A stretch of DNA of 64,000 bases from Cyclobacteriaceae bacterium (GTDB lineage: Bacteria > Bacteroidota > Bacteroidia > Cytophagales > Cyclobacteriaceae): the NCBI GenBank assembly GCA_041746855.1, contig JBGTGG010000143.1:2155-66154 (forward strand), given 5' to 3'. Under the pieces are notes generated by a model, which saw nothing but the letters and a program-made list of their open reading frames with translations, searched no databases and had not been told where the DNA came from. Position numbers and translations under genes: made by a program. Below, one piece after another: positions 56,430 to 64,000 of this stretch. How positions within the stretch are numbered: the stretch's first letter is position 1; every line of letters starts with the position of its first letter.

Positions 56430-57005
56430 CTAGTGCGGCACCAAAAAATAGATAACCAACATTACCACATTTTCTTTTGACCGATTGATGGGCAAATGCG
56501 GAACTGAAGCATCGAAATAAATTGTGTCACCTTCTTCCAACAGTATTTCCTCATTGTTGATCTGGTATTCACAACTTCCTGAAAGAATATGTTTAAACTC
56601 AAACCCATCTGTCGTGGTGGGTCTTCCCTTTGTGTCGGGCGCGAGTGTCAGGAGTGAAACTTCAATACTACAGGCGGAGATGTTTTGCGCAAGGATATGT
56701 TGATAGTGGTAGCCCGGTCTGCCTTCTTTTTCAACAACCGTGTAATCTTTCTTTTTTATGTGGACGAAGTTCTTTCCGTTTACCAACACCACATCCTGAA
56801 AAAATTCTTTTAGTGATATTTCAAGCGATTGAATGATGGTTACAAAAACGGGTAATGAGGGAATGGTTCGTGAGTTTTCAATCTTGGATAGCAACCCTTT
56901 GCTAACGTGTGCACGTGTGGCCAACTCTTGAATTGTCATATTTTTTTCAAGACGCGTGGTTTGAATTTTTTGTGCAATGCGGGATACAATTTCATTCCTT
57001 ACCAT
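56430..57005 (-). CDS. XRE-family HTH transcriptional regulator with C-terminal cupin sensor domain
   Basis: The HTH_3 region is MTIQELATRAHVSKGLLSKIENSRTIPSLPVFVTIIQSL. The cupin beta-barrel has GFEFKHILSGSCEY and EGDTIYFDASVPH. The start is either the ATG at 57005 or the TTG at 57011. Confidence 0.8.
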   Translation of the reverse strand: MVRNEIVSRIAQKIQTTRLEKNMTIQELATRAHVSKGLLSKIENSRTIPSLPVFVTIIQSLEISLKEFFQDVVLVNGKNFVHIKKKDYTVVEKEGRPGYHYQHILAQNISACSIEVSLLTLAPDTKGRPTTTDGFEFKHILSGSCEYQINNEEILLEEGDTIYFDASVPHLPINRSKENVVMLVIYFLVPH

Positions 57006-57013
57006 TTTCAAAT

Positions 57014-57032
57014 TGTTTACTCAGAGTAAACA
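57014..57032. promoter_or_regulatory. Perfect 7-5-7 inverted repeat TGTTTAC-TCAGA-GTAAACA immediately upstream of the XRE-cupin regulator start (candidate operator)
   Basis: Read directly from the sequence. It lies 9-27 nt upstream of the regulator ATG, in the 300-bp divergent region shared with susC-like. Confidence 0.35.
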
Positions 57033-57311
57033 TAGAAAAATATCTTTCAATTTTTGGGTCGGCAAAATGTAGGATGATTGATGTTACGGCAATGTTATTC
57101 TCAATTGCTTAGAAAACTTGATTCTTTCAAAGTTTCGTATTTGTCAAATGAAGATTTGGTAATCGAAGTTTCATTTTGCAGCACAAAGTTTAATGCAGTG
57201 ATAATATTTCACTAAACGCGATATCAAATCCTTTGTCAACCTTTGGTACGTGATTAAAAATTTAAAACACAAAATTTTCAATCCTAAAACAAAACCAACA
57301 ACCCCAATTCT

Positions 57312-60300
57312 ATGAACAAAAATTTCCAAAAACTCTTTTACACTTTTTACCGGAGCATGGTAAAGGTGTGTATTGCGCTTACGGTGCTGCTACTCTATGC
57401 ATCCGTAAGTTATGCTCAAACGCGTGTCACCGGAAGAGTAATATCCGGTGAGGATGGTGCTGCTATACCGGGAGCAAACATTCTTGTGAAAGGAACTGCA
57501 CTAGGAACAATCACCGATGCAGAAGGAAATTTTTCGGTGGAGGTGAGCAGCTCCGATGCAGTGCTAACAATTTCTTTTGTAGGATATAAAACCCAAGATG
57601 TTGCATTGGCTGGACAAACTACTGTGGATGTTACGCTGGAGTCTGATGCCAAATACCTTTCGGAGGTGGTAGTTACAGCGCTCGGTATTCCAAAAGAGAA
57701 AAAGGCTCTGGGTTATGCGGTGCAAAGTATTTCTAGTGAAAGTATTACTACTGCGCGTGAAACCAATGTTGTCAATCAATTGGCTGGTAAAATAGCGGGT
57801 GTAACGGTTGTTGGAAGTAATTCTGGAATTGGCGGTTCTTCACGTGTTTCAATTCGTGGTGAGCGCTCTGTTGATTTAAATAAGAATCAACCACTCTATG
57901 TAATTGATGGTGTACCAATTTCCAATGGTATTACAGGCGGTTCAGGACGTGGAAATTTGGAAGTGGATTTCGGAAACGGGGCAAGCTTTGTTAATTCAGA
58001 TGACATTGAATCAATGACGGTGTTGAAAGGCGCTGCGGCTGCTGCCTTGTACGGTTCACGTGCAGCCAATGGAGTAATCATTATTAAAACCAAGTCAGGA
58101 AAGGGTTCCAAAGGGTTAGGTGTAGAAATTAATTCTAATACAACTTTTGAATCAGTATTACGATTGCCGGAATATCAAAATGTGTATGGACAAGGAAACG
58201 GAAATGGTGGTGATTTTGCGTTTGTTAATGGTGGTGGTGCCGGTTTAACGGACGGTGTTGATGAAAGTTGGGGACCGGCTTTTAATGGTCAACTGTATCC
58301 TCAATTCAATTCACCCCGCACATTAGGTGGTCAATCTATTCCTTTTCGGGGTGGTGATTTAAATGCTCCAGCTGGTAGTGTAATTACCCCTACACCTTGG
58401 CTGAACGATGCGGATGGTGTAGAGAATTTTTTCCAAACAGGAAGGACGTTAACAAATAATGTAGCGCTCGTTGGTGCAAATGAGCAGGGTGACTTTAGAT
58501 TATCTTACACAAGTCTGGACCAAACGGGCACCGTACCCAATACAGATTTAAAGAGAAACACAGTTTCTTTTGGTGGTGGATTTAATCTTTCCCCAAAATT
58601 CTCCGCCCGTGCCTTTGTAAGTTATATCAAGAGCGAAAGTGACAATAGACCTTCCCTCAGTTATGGAACGGAGAATATCATGTATCTATTTAACTGTTGG
58701 TTGCCCCGTTCGGTAAATGTTGCAGATTTAAAAGATTATTGGATGCCTGGTGCAGAAGGTACACGTCAGTTTAACTTTAACTATAACTATCATGATAATC
58801 CTTACTTAACGGTTTATGAAAACACCAATGGCCAATACGTTGACCGTCTAATTGGAAACATTTCATTGAAGTATGATTTTACAAACTGGTTAAGTTTGCA
58901 ATTGCGCACTGCAACAGATTTTGCTAGCGAACGCAGACAATACCGCAGAGCTTTCAGCACCCAGCGTTTCCCGTTTGGTCAATATCGTGAGGCTAAAGTT
59001 GTTACCGAGGAACGTAACTCCGATTTCCTTTTGACATTTAACAAGGATATTGTACCTTCTACATTTACGTTAACAGCATCTGTTGGGGGTAATCAGTTGG
59101 ATCAAAAATCAGAGTACCTTGAAATAAACGCACCACAATTAAACATCCCCGGGATTTTTAATCTAACAAATTTCAGAGCGCCCTTACAATCTGAACAAAC
59201 GGATGTAAGAAAAAGTATTAATAGCTTGTATGGTACAGCTCAAGTAGGGTATAAGAATATTTTATTTTTGGATTTATCAGCGCGAAATGATTGGTCCAGT
59301 GCGCTTACTTTACCACAGGCGTTAAAAGATGCAGGTATAGGCACGCAGGATAATTCATATTTCTACTCTTCTGCCGCAGTAAGTGCTATTATCTCTGATA
59401 TGTTTCAGGGACCTGAATTTCTTTCATTTGCCAAACTTAGAGGAAGTATTTCGCAGGTAGGAAATGATACCGATGCCTTTACGTTTACACAATCCTATAA
59501 TCCAAGTGATCCTTTTGGAAATTCACAAGTATATGGTGAAACAGATCGCCTGGCTAACTTTAGTTTGAAACCAGAGATTAGCACCTCGTATGAAGGTGGT
59601 TTTGATATAAAGTTCTTCCAAAACCGAATTGGGTTAGATGTAACCTACTACCATACGAACACCAAAAATCAGATTCTGAATATTCCATTATCGATAACCA
59701 GTGGATATAATAGTCGGGCTATCAATGCAGGGGAGATCAAAAACTATGGGGTAGAGATTATGCTCAATGTCATTCCAGTAAAATTGGATAATGGTTTCCA
59801 ATGGAACTTGGATGTTAATTTCTCTAGCAATAGAAGCGAAGTTGTTTCTTTATCCGATGGGCTTACCAATTTTGTGATGGCGAGTCGCAGGGTTAGTATA
59901 GAGGCAAGAGTAGGGGAGCGCATGGGCGACATGTATGGAATTGGTTTTGCCCGTGTTCAAAATACGGACTCCGATAAACCTTACTATAGTGCAAATGGTC
60001 AGTTTGTTGGTGAAATGGTTTTTGATTCCCAAGGTCGTCCGATTCGTACATCGGATAGGATAAAGCTTGGCAACTATAACCCGGATTGGATGGCAGGAAT
60101 AAATAACATGTTTACGTATAAAGGATTCAGAATAAGTGCTTTGTTTGACATTCGTCAAGGTGGTGAGGTATACTCTGAGACACAAACTGTTGGTCGTGAA
60201 GGCGGAATAATTATTGAGACACTGGAAGGAAGAGAGAATGGATATTACCCGCAGGCGTCTGTTGCTGGCGACCCACAACTTCTTAATGCTCCTGAAGGAA

Positions 60301-60680
60301 CGTATGTAATTGGCGATGGTGTAGTTTCAAATGGGGATGGTACCTTCAGTGTAAATGAGACACGGGTATTGCCACGGCAATGGCATAGTGCATGGACAGG
60401 TGGACGAAACATTGCAGAAGGAGTAACGTATGATGCCTCTTTTGTAAAGCTACGGGAGATGCAAATTGGGTATACATTTTCTGATAAGGTCTTTACTAAA
60501 ACTCCTTTTCGAAGTGTAAGTATCGCCTTTGTAGGAAGAAACCTTGCCTTGTGGACAGATGTTCCTCACATCGATCCTGAAGTGATGTCATATTCAGGTG
60601 GTACCGCATTACCTGGTATTGAGTATATGTCAATTCCATCCTCTAGAAGTTATGGTTTTAACATCGGACTTAAATTTTAA
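57312..60680 (+). CDS. SusC/RagA-family TonB-dependent outer-membrane transporter
   Basis: Signal peptide. The carboxypeptidase-regulatory-like domain is VTGRVISGEDGAAIPGANILVKGTALGTITDAEGNFSVEV. The TonB-box region is LSEVVVTALGI. Plug motifs are MTVLKGAAAAALYGSRAANGVIIIKTK. The terminus is SYGFNIGLKF. There is no N-terminal STN signalling extension. Confidence 0.92.
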   Translation: MNKNFQKLFYTFYRSMVKVCIALTVLLLYASVSYAQTRVTGRVISGEDGAAIPGANILVKGTALGTITDAEGNFSVEVSSSDAVLTISFVGYKTQDVALAGQTTVDVTLESDAKYLSEVVVTALGIPKEKKALGYAVQSISSESITTARETNVVNQLAGKIAGVTVVGSNSGIGGSSRVSIRGERSVDLNKNQPLYVIDGVPISNGITGGSGRGNLEVDFGNGASFVNSDDIESMTVLKGAAAAALYGSRAANGVIIIKTKSGKGSKGLGVEINSNTTFESVLRLPEYQNVYGQGNGNGGDFAFVNGGGAGLTDGVDESWGPAFNGQLYPQFNSPRTLGGQSIPFRGGDLNAPAGSVITPTPWLNDADGVENFFQTGRTLTNNVALVGANEQGDFRLSYTSLDQTGTVPNTDLKRNTVSFGGGFNLSPKFSARAFVSYIKSESDNRPSLSYGTENIMYLFNCWLPRSVNVADLKDYWMPGAEGTRQFNFNYNYHDNPYLTVYENTNGQYVDRLIGNISLKYDFTNWLSLQLRTATDFASERRQYRRAFSTQRFPFGQYREAKVVTEERNSDFLLTFNKDIVPSTFTLTASVGGNQLDQKSEYLEINAPQLNIPGIFNLTNFRAPLQSEQTDVRKSINSLYGTAQVGYKNILFLDLSARNDWSSALTLPQALKDAGIGTQDNSYFYSSAAVSAIISDMFQGPEFLSFAKLRGSISQVGNDTDAFTFTQSYNPSDPFGNSQVYGETDRLANFSLKPEISTSYEGGFDIKFFQNRIGLDVTYYHTNTKNQILNIPLSITSGYNSRAINAGEIKNYGVEIMLNVIPVKLDNGFQWNLDVNFSSNRSEVVSLSDGLTNFVMASRRVSIEARVGERMGDMYGIGFARVQNTDSDKPYYSANGQFVGEMVFDSQGRPIRTSDRIKLGNYNPDWMAGINNMFTYKGFRISALFDIRQGGEVYSETQTVGREGGIIIETLEGRENGYYPQASVAGDPQLLNAPEGTYVIGDGVVSNGDGTFSVNETRVLPRQWHSAWTGGRNIAEGVTYDASFVKLREMQIGYTFSDKVFTKTPFRSVSIAFVGRNLALWTDVPHIDPEVMSYSGGTALPGIEYMSIPSSRSYGFNIGLKF

Positions 60681-60712
60681 TCCTATACCGCTCAACTTAG
60701 AAAAGAATAACG

Positions 60713-62257
60713 ATGAAAAATATAGTTAACCTAAGAAAAACTTTATTAGTAATGGTGGTGATGCTAAGTGCTACCGCCTGTGATAAGGATTTTGAAGACA
60801 TCAATACCAATATGAATGTGCCAACGTCAGTTCCACCTGACCTCTTGTTATCCGGAGTTATCCGCAACACGCTCAATAACCAAGTAGGAGAAGCGTGGGG
60901 AATTGGGAATATAGTTGTTCAACATACTGCCAAAATCCAATTTGTGAATGAAGACCGATACCAATGGAATGAACAAAATGGTATTTGGAATACGGTTTAT
61001 GGCAATATGAGAAACCTACAAAACATTATTGATATTGCAGAGAAAGCTACCCCTGTTCAAAATAACTACCTGGGCGTAGCTTTGGTGATGAAATCATGGA
61101 TGTTTTCGTTGGCCACCGATGCGTATGGTGATATACCTTACACTGAAGCTGCGAAGGGAAAAACCAGTGGTATTTATCTTACCACCTATGATACGCAGGA
61201 ATCTATCTATGATGGGATTTTAGCGGATCTGGAAACGGCAAACGAAATTCTCGGAACAAGTGCTGAAGCTCTGTCGGGAGACCTTTTATATGGTGGAGGT
61301 GCAAGTGCGATTCTCCAGTGGAAAAAACTTGCAAACTCGCTTCGCTTACGCTACCTGATGCGAATTTCGAACAAACGGGATGTCAGCGCTGCGATGCAGG
61401 AGATTATCGACAATCCAACTGACAACCCAATTTTTGAAGACAATGAAGATAACGCGCATTTAATTTATCAGGCAGCAGCACCAAACCAATGGCCTTTGTA
61501 TACAACCCGTGTTGGTTCGTTTGATGAATTCCGGTTGAGCAAAACATTGGGCGATGTTTTGGAATCGTATAGTGATCCGAGATTGGCGGTGTTTGCACGC
61601 CCTACCCAAAATTCGGTGACTGCCGGTACCCCAGTAATTGAGGGAATACCAAATGGGTTAGAAGATACACAGGCACTTAGTTATAATGGCGGCCCCCAAA
61701 ATATTTCCAGAGTAGGCTATACTTTTGCCTGTTTAGTTTGTAATGACAATGGGCAGGCAGTACCAGTTCCCAATGCTGCAAGAAGCTTATTGATGACTTT
61801 TTCTGAACTTCAATTTATTTTGGCCGAAGCAAGGGAAAGAAACTTGATAACAACCGGAACAGCCGAAGCATATTATATGGAAGGGATCAATGCCAACTTC
61901 GATTACTATCGGAGTATTGTACCTGAAAGCTATGGAATAGATCTTACTACGCCTGCTAGTTATTTTACGCAGCCTGCAGTTTCCTACACAGGCACTACAT
62001 CAGAAAAGTTGACCAAAATTGCAACACAAAAATGGATCGCTTTATTCTTCAATGGTCTGGAGGCTTGGTTTGACTGGAGAAGATCCGGGCTACCGGAATT
62101 GACCCCCGGTGCAAGTAATTTAAATGATGACTTGATCCCGGTTAGGTTCATCTACCCACTTGCTGAGCAATCACTAAATGCACCCAATCGTGAAGTCGCT
62201 GTGGCCAGACAGGGTGTTGATAATATTAACACACCCGTTTGGTGGGATAAACCGTAA
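60713..62257 (+). CDS. SusD/RagB-family nutrient-binding outer-membrane lipoprotein
   Basis: The lipobox is MLSATAC. It starts 32 nt after SusC. TPR-like helical blocks (LRYLMRIS, QKWIALFFNGLEAWFDWRRSGLPEL) are typical of SusD-like_2 proteins. Confidence 0.88.
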   Translation: MKNIVNLRKTLLVMVVMLSATACDKDFEDINTNMNVPTSVPPDLLLSGVIRNTLNNQVGEAWGIGNIVVQHTAKIQFVNEDRYQWNEQNGIWNTVYGNMRNLQNIIDIAEKATPVQNNYLGVALVMKSWMFSLATDAYGDIPYTEAAKGKTSGIYLTTYDTQESIYDGILADLETANEILGTSAEALSGDLLYGGGASAILQWKKLANSLRLRYLMRISNKRDVSAAMQEIIDNPTDNPIFEDNEDNAHLIYQAAAPNQWPLYTTRVGSFDEFRLSKTLGDVLESYSDPRLAVFARPTQNSVTAGTPVIEGIPNGLEDTQALSYNGGPQNISRVGYTFACLVCNDNGQAVPVPNAARSLLMTFSELQFILAEARERNLITTGTAEAYYMEGINANFDYYRSIVPESYGIDLTTPASYFTQPAVSYTGTTSEKLTKIATQKWIALFFNGLEAWFDWRRSGLPELTPGASNLNDDLIPVRFIYPLAEQSLNAPNREVAVARQGVDNINTPVWWDKP

Positions 62258-62341
62258 GGTTTACATGCAAAATCCGGGGCCCTAAAGGCCTCGGATTTTT
62301 TTGATCTGTACAATTTAAAAAGAGTTAACTAAAATTTTATC

Positions 62342-63442
62342 ATGAGATTCATATCTATCATCACCCTTTTATTGCTAATCACTTTTTGTCAGGTTGTAGC
62401 ACAACAAAAAAACAAAACAGAAAATGTTATCCTAATAACACTCGATGGATTTCGCTGGCAGGAACTTTTTAACGGAGCTGATTCATCATTCATGAAGCAA
62501 CAAATCAATCTTAAAGATCCAAAACTAAAAGAGAAATACTGGAGGGATGATTTAAATGAAAGGAGGAAAGCTTTACTGCCATTTATGTGGGGAACCATTG
62601 CAACACATGGTCAAATTTATGGTAATAGGAGTCTCGGCAACAATGTAAATGTGACCAACAATCAATTGTTCTCGTATCCAGGCTATAATGAAATCCTAAC
62701 AGGAAGTGCCGATAATGAAAGGATTAATTCGAATGATAAAACCTACAACCCCAACACCAATGTACTGGAGTTTATAAACAAACAACCCCGCTATAAGGGG
62801 AAGGTAGCAGCGTTTTCTTCCTGGGATGTTTTTCCTTACATTATAAACGACAAACGAAGTGGCATTTATGTTAGTACCGGTGTCGCTGAAGTAAAAGGAA
62901 CAAACCTAAGTGAAAGTGAAAAGATGATGAATAAATTAATTGTTAACCTTCCAAATCCATTGGGTGATATTCGTTTGGATGCCTTTACATTTTATTACGG
63001 AATGGAGTATATGAAGAAGAATAAGCCTAAAGTAATGTATTTTGCCTTAGATGAGACAGACGATTTTGCACATGGTGGTGAATATGCTGCGTATTTGAAT
63101 TCGGCAAATTATACCGACAAGTTTTTATCGGAGCTATGGGCTTACCTTCAATCTGACCCTCAATACAAAAATAAGACAACACTCATAATCACCAGTGACC
63201 ATGGAAGAGGAGACAATGCGGAAGACTGGAAGCATCATGGTCAAAAAATTCCGATTGCCGATCAGATATGGTTTGCTTTTCTTGGCCCTGATACACCGGC
63301 CCTTGGCGAAGTAAAAACATCCGGACAACTATATCAGAATCAGGTGGCCAAAACACTTGCAGCGTTACTAGGGTTGGAATTTAAAACTGAAAAAGAGATA
63401 GGCAAATCAATTGATGCCGTTATTGGAAGAAAAGGATTGTAA
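62342..63442 (+). CDS. Secreted alkaline-phosphatase/NPP-superfamily phosphoesterase
   Basis: Signal peptide. Metal and nucleophile blocks are VILITLDGFRWQE, FSYPGYNEILTG, LDETDDFAHGG and IITSDHGRG, which parallels the NPP/AP core (DG.R, T/S nucleophile, D..H, DHG). Confidence 0.7.
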   Translation: MRFISIITLLLLITFCQVVAQQKNKTENVILITLDGFRWQELFNGADSSFMKQQINLKDPKLKEKYWRDDLNERRKALLPFMWGTIATHGQIYGNRSLGNNVNVTNNQLFSYPGYNEILTGSADNERINSNDKTYNPNTNVLEFINKQPRYKGKVAAFSSWDVFPYIINDKRSGIYVSTGVAEVKGTNLSESEKMMNKLIVNLPNPLGDIRLDAFTFYYGMEYMKKNKPKVMYFALDETDDFAHGGEYAAYLNSANYTDKFLSELWAYLQSDPQYKNKTTLIITSDHGRGDNAEDWKHHGQKIPIADQIWFAFLGPDTPALGEVKTSGQLYQNQVAKTLAALLGLEFKTEKEIGKSIDAVIGRKGL

Positions 63443-63502
63443 CAATACTTTGCTCCAATAAAGAGTGTGTCAGGACTAAAGTCATTTGTTTAACAATATT
63501 GT

Positions 63503-64000
63503 ATGTTAAAGGGAAGTAGAAAAATCTTTTTTTTTCTTGGAGTCTTGCTACTCTCATCATGTACAAAGAGTAATGAGTTGCCAGTAACCTACCGGTCGTA
63601 TGATGAATTTAGTTCGGCTATATTGCCAGACTCAATAAAACTCTTGGTGGAACAGGCTAGAAACCTGCAACCTATTCAGCTTGAAAAATTAATGCATTTA
63701 GATTCTTCCTGGAACTTTCAAATTGGAGATTCTTTGGAAAGTTTACATGAACCTTGTAAAATCATTACCGGTGAAAAGGTAGATCTACCACATCGCATAG
63801 AACTTCCGGATAGAGCGATCTGGTATGAGAGACAAATCTATTTTTCACAAAAGGGGGTATTGACAATATCCGCAGATGATGGCGCCCAACTTTATGTTAA
63901 TGGACAACGTATTGTCAGGTTGTATGACACTTTTTTTCCAATTGACACGGTTGGAATGATGAATGTTACTATTCGCGTTTTGAACAACGCAATGGCTGGT
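63503..64000 (+). CDS. Lipoprotein with a galactose-binding-like (GH2-N-like) beta-sandwich segment; partial, continues past the window end
   Basis: This ORF is not in the supplied track. My translation from the ATG at 63503 gives MLKGSRKIFFFLGVLLLSSCTKS (lipobox), then ...SWNFQIGD...VDLPHRIE...AIWYERQIYF...LTISADDGAQLYVNGQRI, open to position 64000. The W.F / VPH / WYR.F / L.F...D....Y.NG pattern resembles sugar-binding jelly-roll domains. Confidence 0.5.
   Translation, partial: MLKGSRKIFFFLGVLLLSSCTKSNELPVTYRSYDEFSSAILPDSIKLLVEQARNLQPIQLEKLMHLDSSWNFQIGDSLESLHEPCKIITGEKVDLPHRIELPDRAIWYERQIYFSQKGVLTISADDGAQLYVNGQRIVRLYDTFFPIDTVGMMNVTIRVLNNAMAG

Noticed and set aside
59850-60278. 142-aa minus-strand ORF inside susC-like
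   Set aside because: It is antisense to a clearly identified SusC/RagA gene. It is a shadow ORF.
1-64000. Search for mobile elements, prophage or defence genes, tRNA, rRNA or riboswitches
   Set aside because: No ORF has transposase, integrase, recombinase, phage-structural, restriction or nuclease-NTPase defence signatures recognisable by eye. No intergenic region is long or structured enough to suggest tRNA, rRNA or a known riboswitch core.

Overview
The window is a 64 kb chromosomal segment from a Bacteroidota genome, probably Cytophagia- or Flavobacteriia-like. That assignment is inferred from T9SS C-terminal sorting domains, a PorP/SprF gene, a SusC/SusD pair and monotopic PGT/GT clusters. 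It is densely coding, with about 50 CDS. I found no rRNA, tRNA, CRISPR array, transposase or integrase.

Main blocks:
1. 1-24.1 kb is a cell-surface island. It holds three paralogous secreted proteins with an N-terminal alpha/beta-hydrolase (esterase) domain: one partial, one of 2235 aa with a type-A T9SS CTD, and one of 1745 aa with 15 tandem PKD-like repeats and a type-B CTD. The third is followed by a cognate PorP/SprF gene that carries a C-terminal SPOR domain. These genes are interleaved with two glycan-biosynthesis clusters: GT2, DegT-type aminotransferase, PglD/NeuD-type acetyltransferase and SGNH hydrolase on one side, and CheY, pseudo-receiver PGT, processive GT2, GT2 and GT4 on the other.
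2. 24.4-30.5 kb holds an SDR gene plus a menaquinone operon (thioesterase-menF-menD-menB-menE).
3. 30.5-49.7 kb is housekeeping and miscellaneous: Nif3 plus a COG1579 partner, lpxK, a putative porin, miaE, a 1317-aa BNR/Asp-box T9SS protein, an FtsX permease, NMO, VOC, YdeI and DUF4301.
4. 49.8-64 kb is the most interesting region. It is a candidate SusC/SusD-linked aminophosphonate utilisation locus. It contains a PhnZ-like HD oxygenase, a PhnX-like DxAGT HAD hydrolase, an FAD amine-oxidase-like enzyme, a PHP phosphoesterase, a 12-TM transporter, an XRE-cupin regulator, SusC/SusD, an alkaline-phosphatase/NPP-superfamily enzyme and a lipoprotein.

All functional calls come from motif recognition by eye. 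No database search was run.
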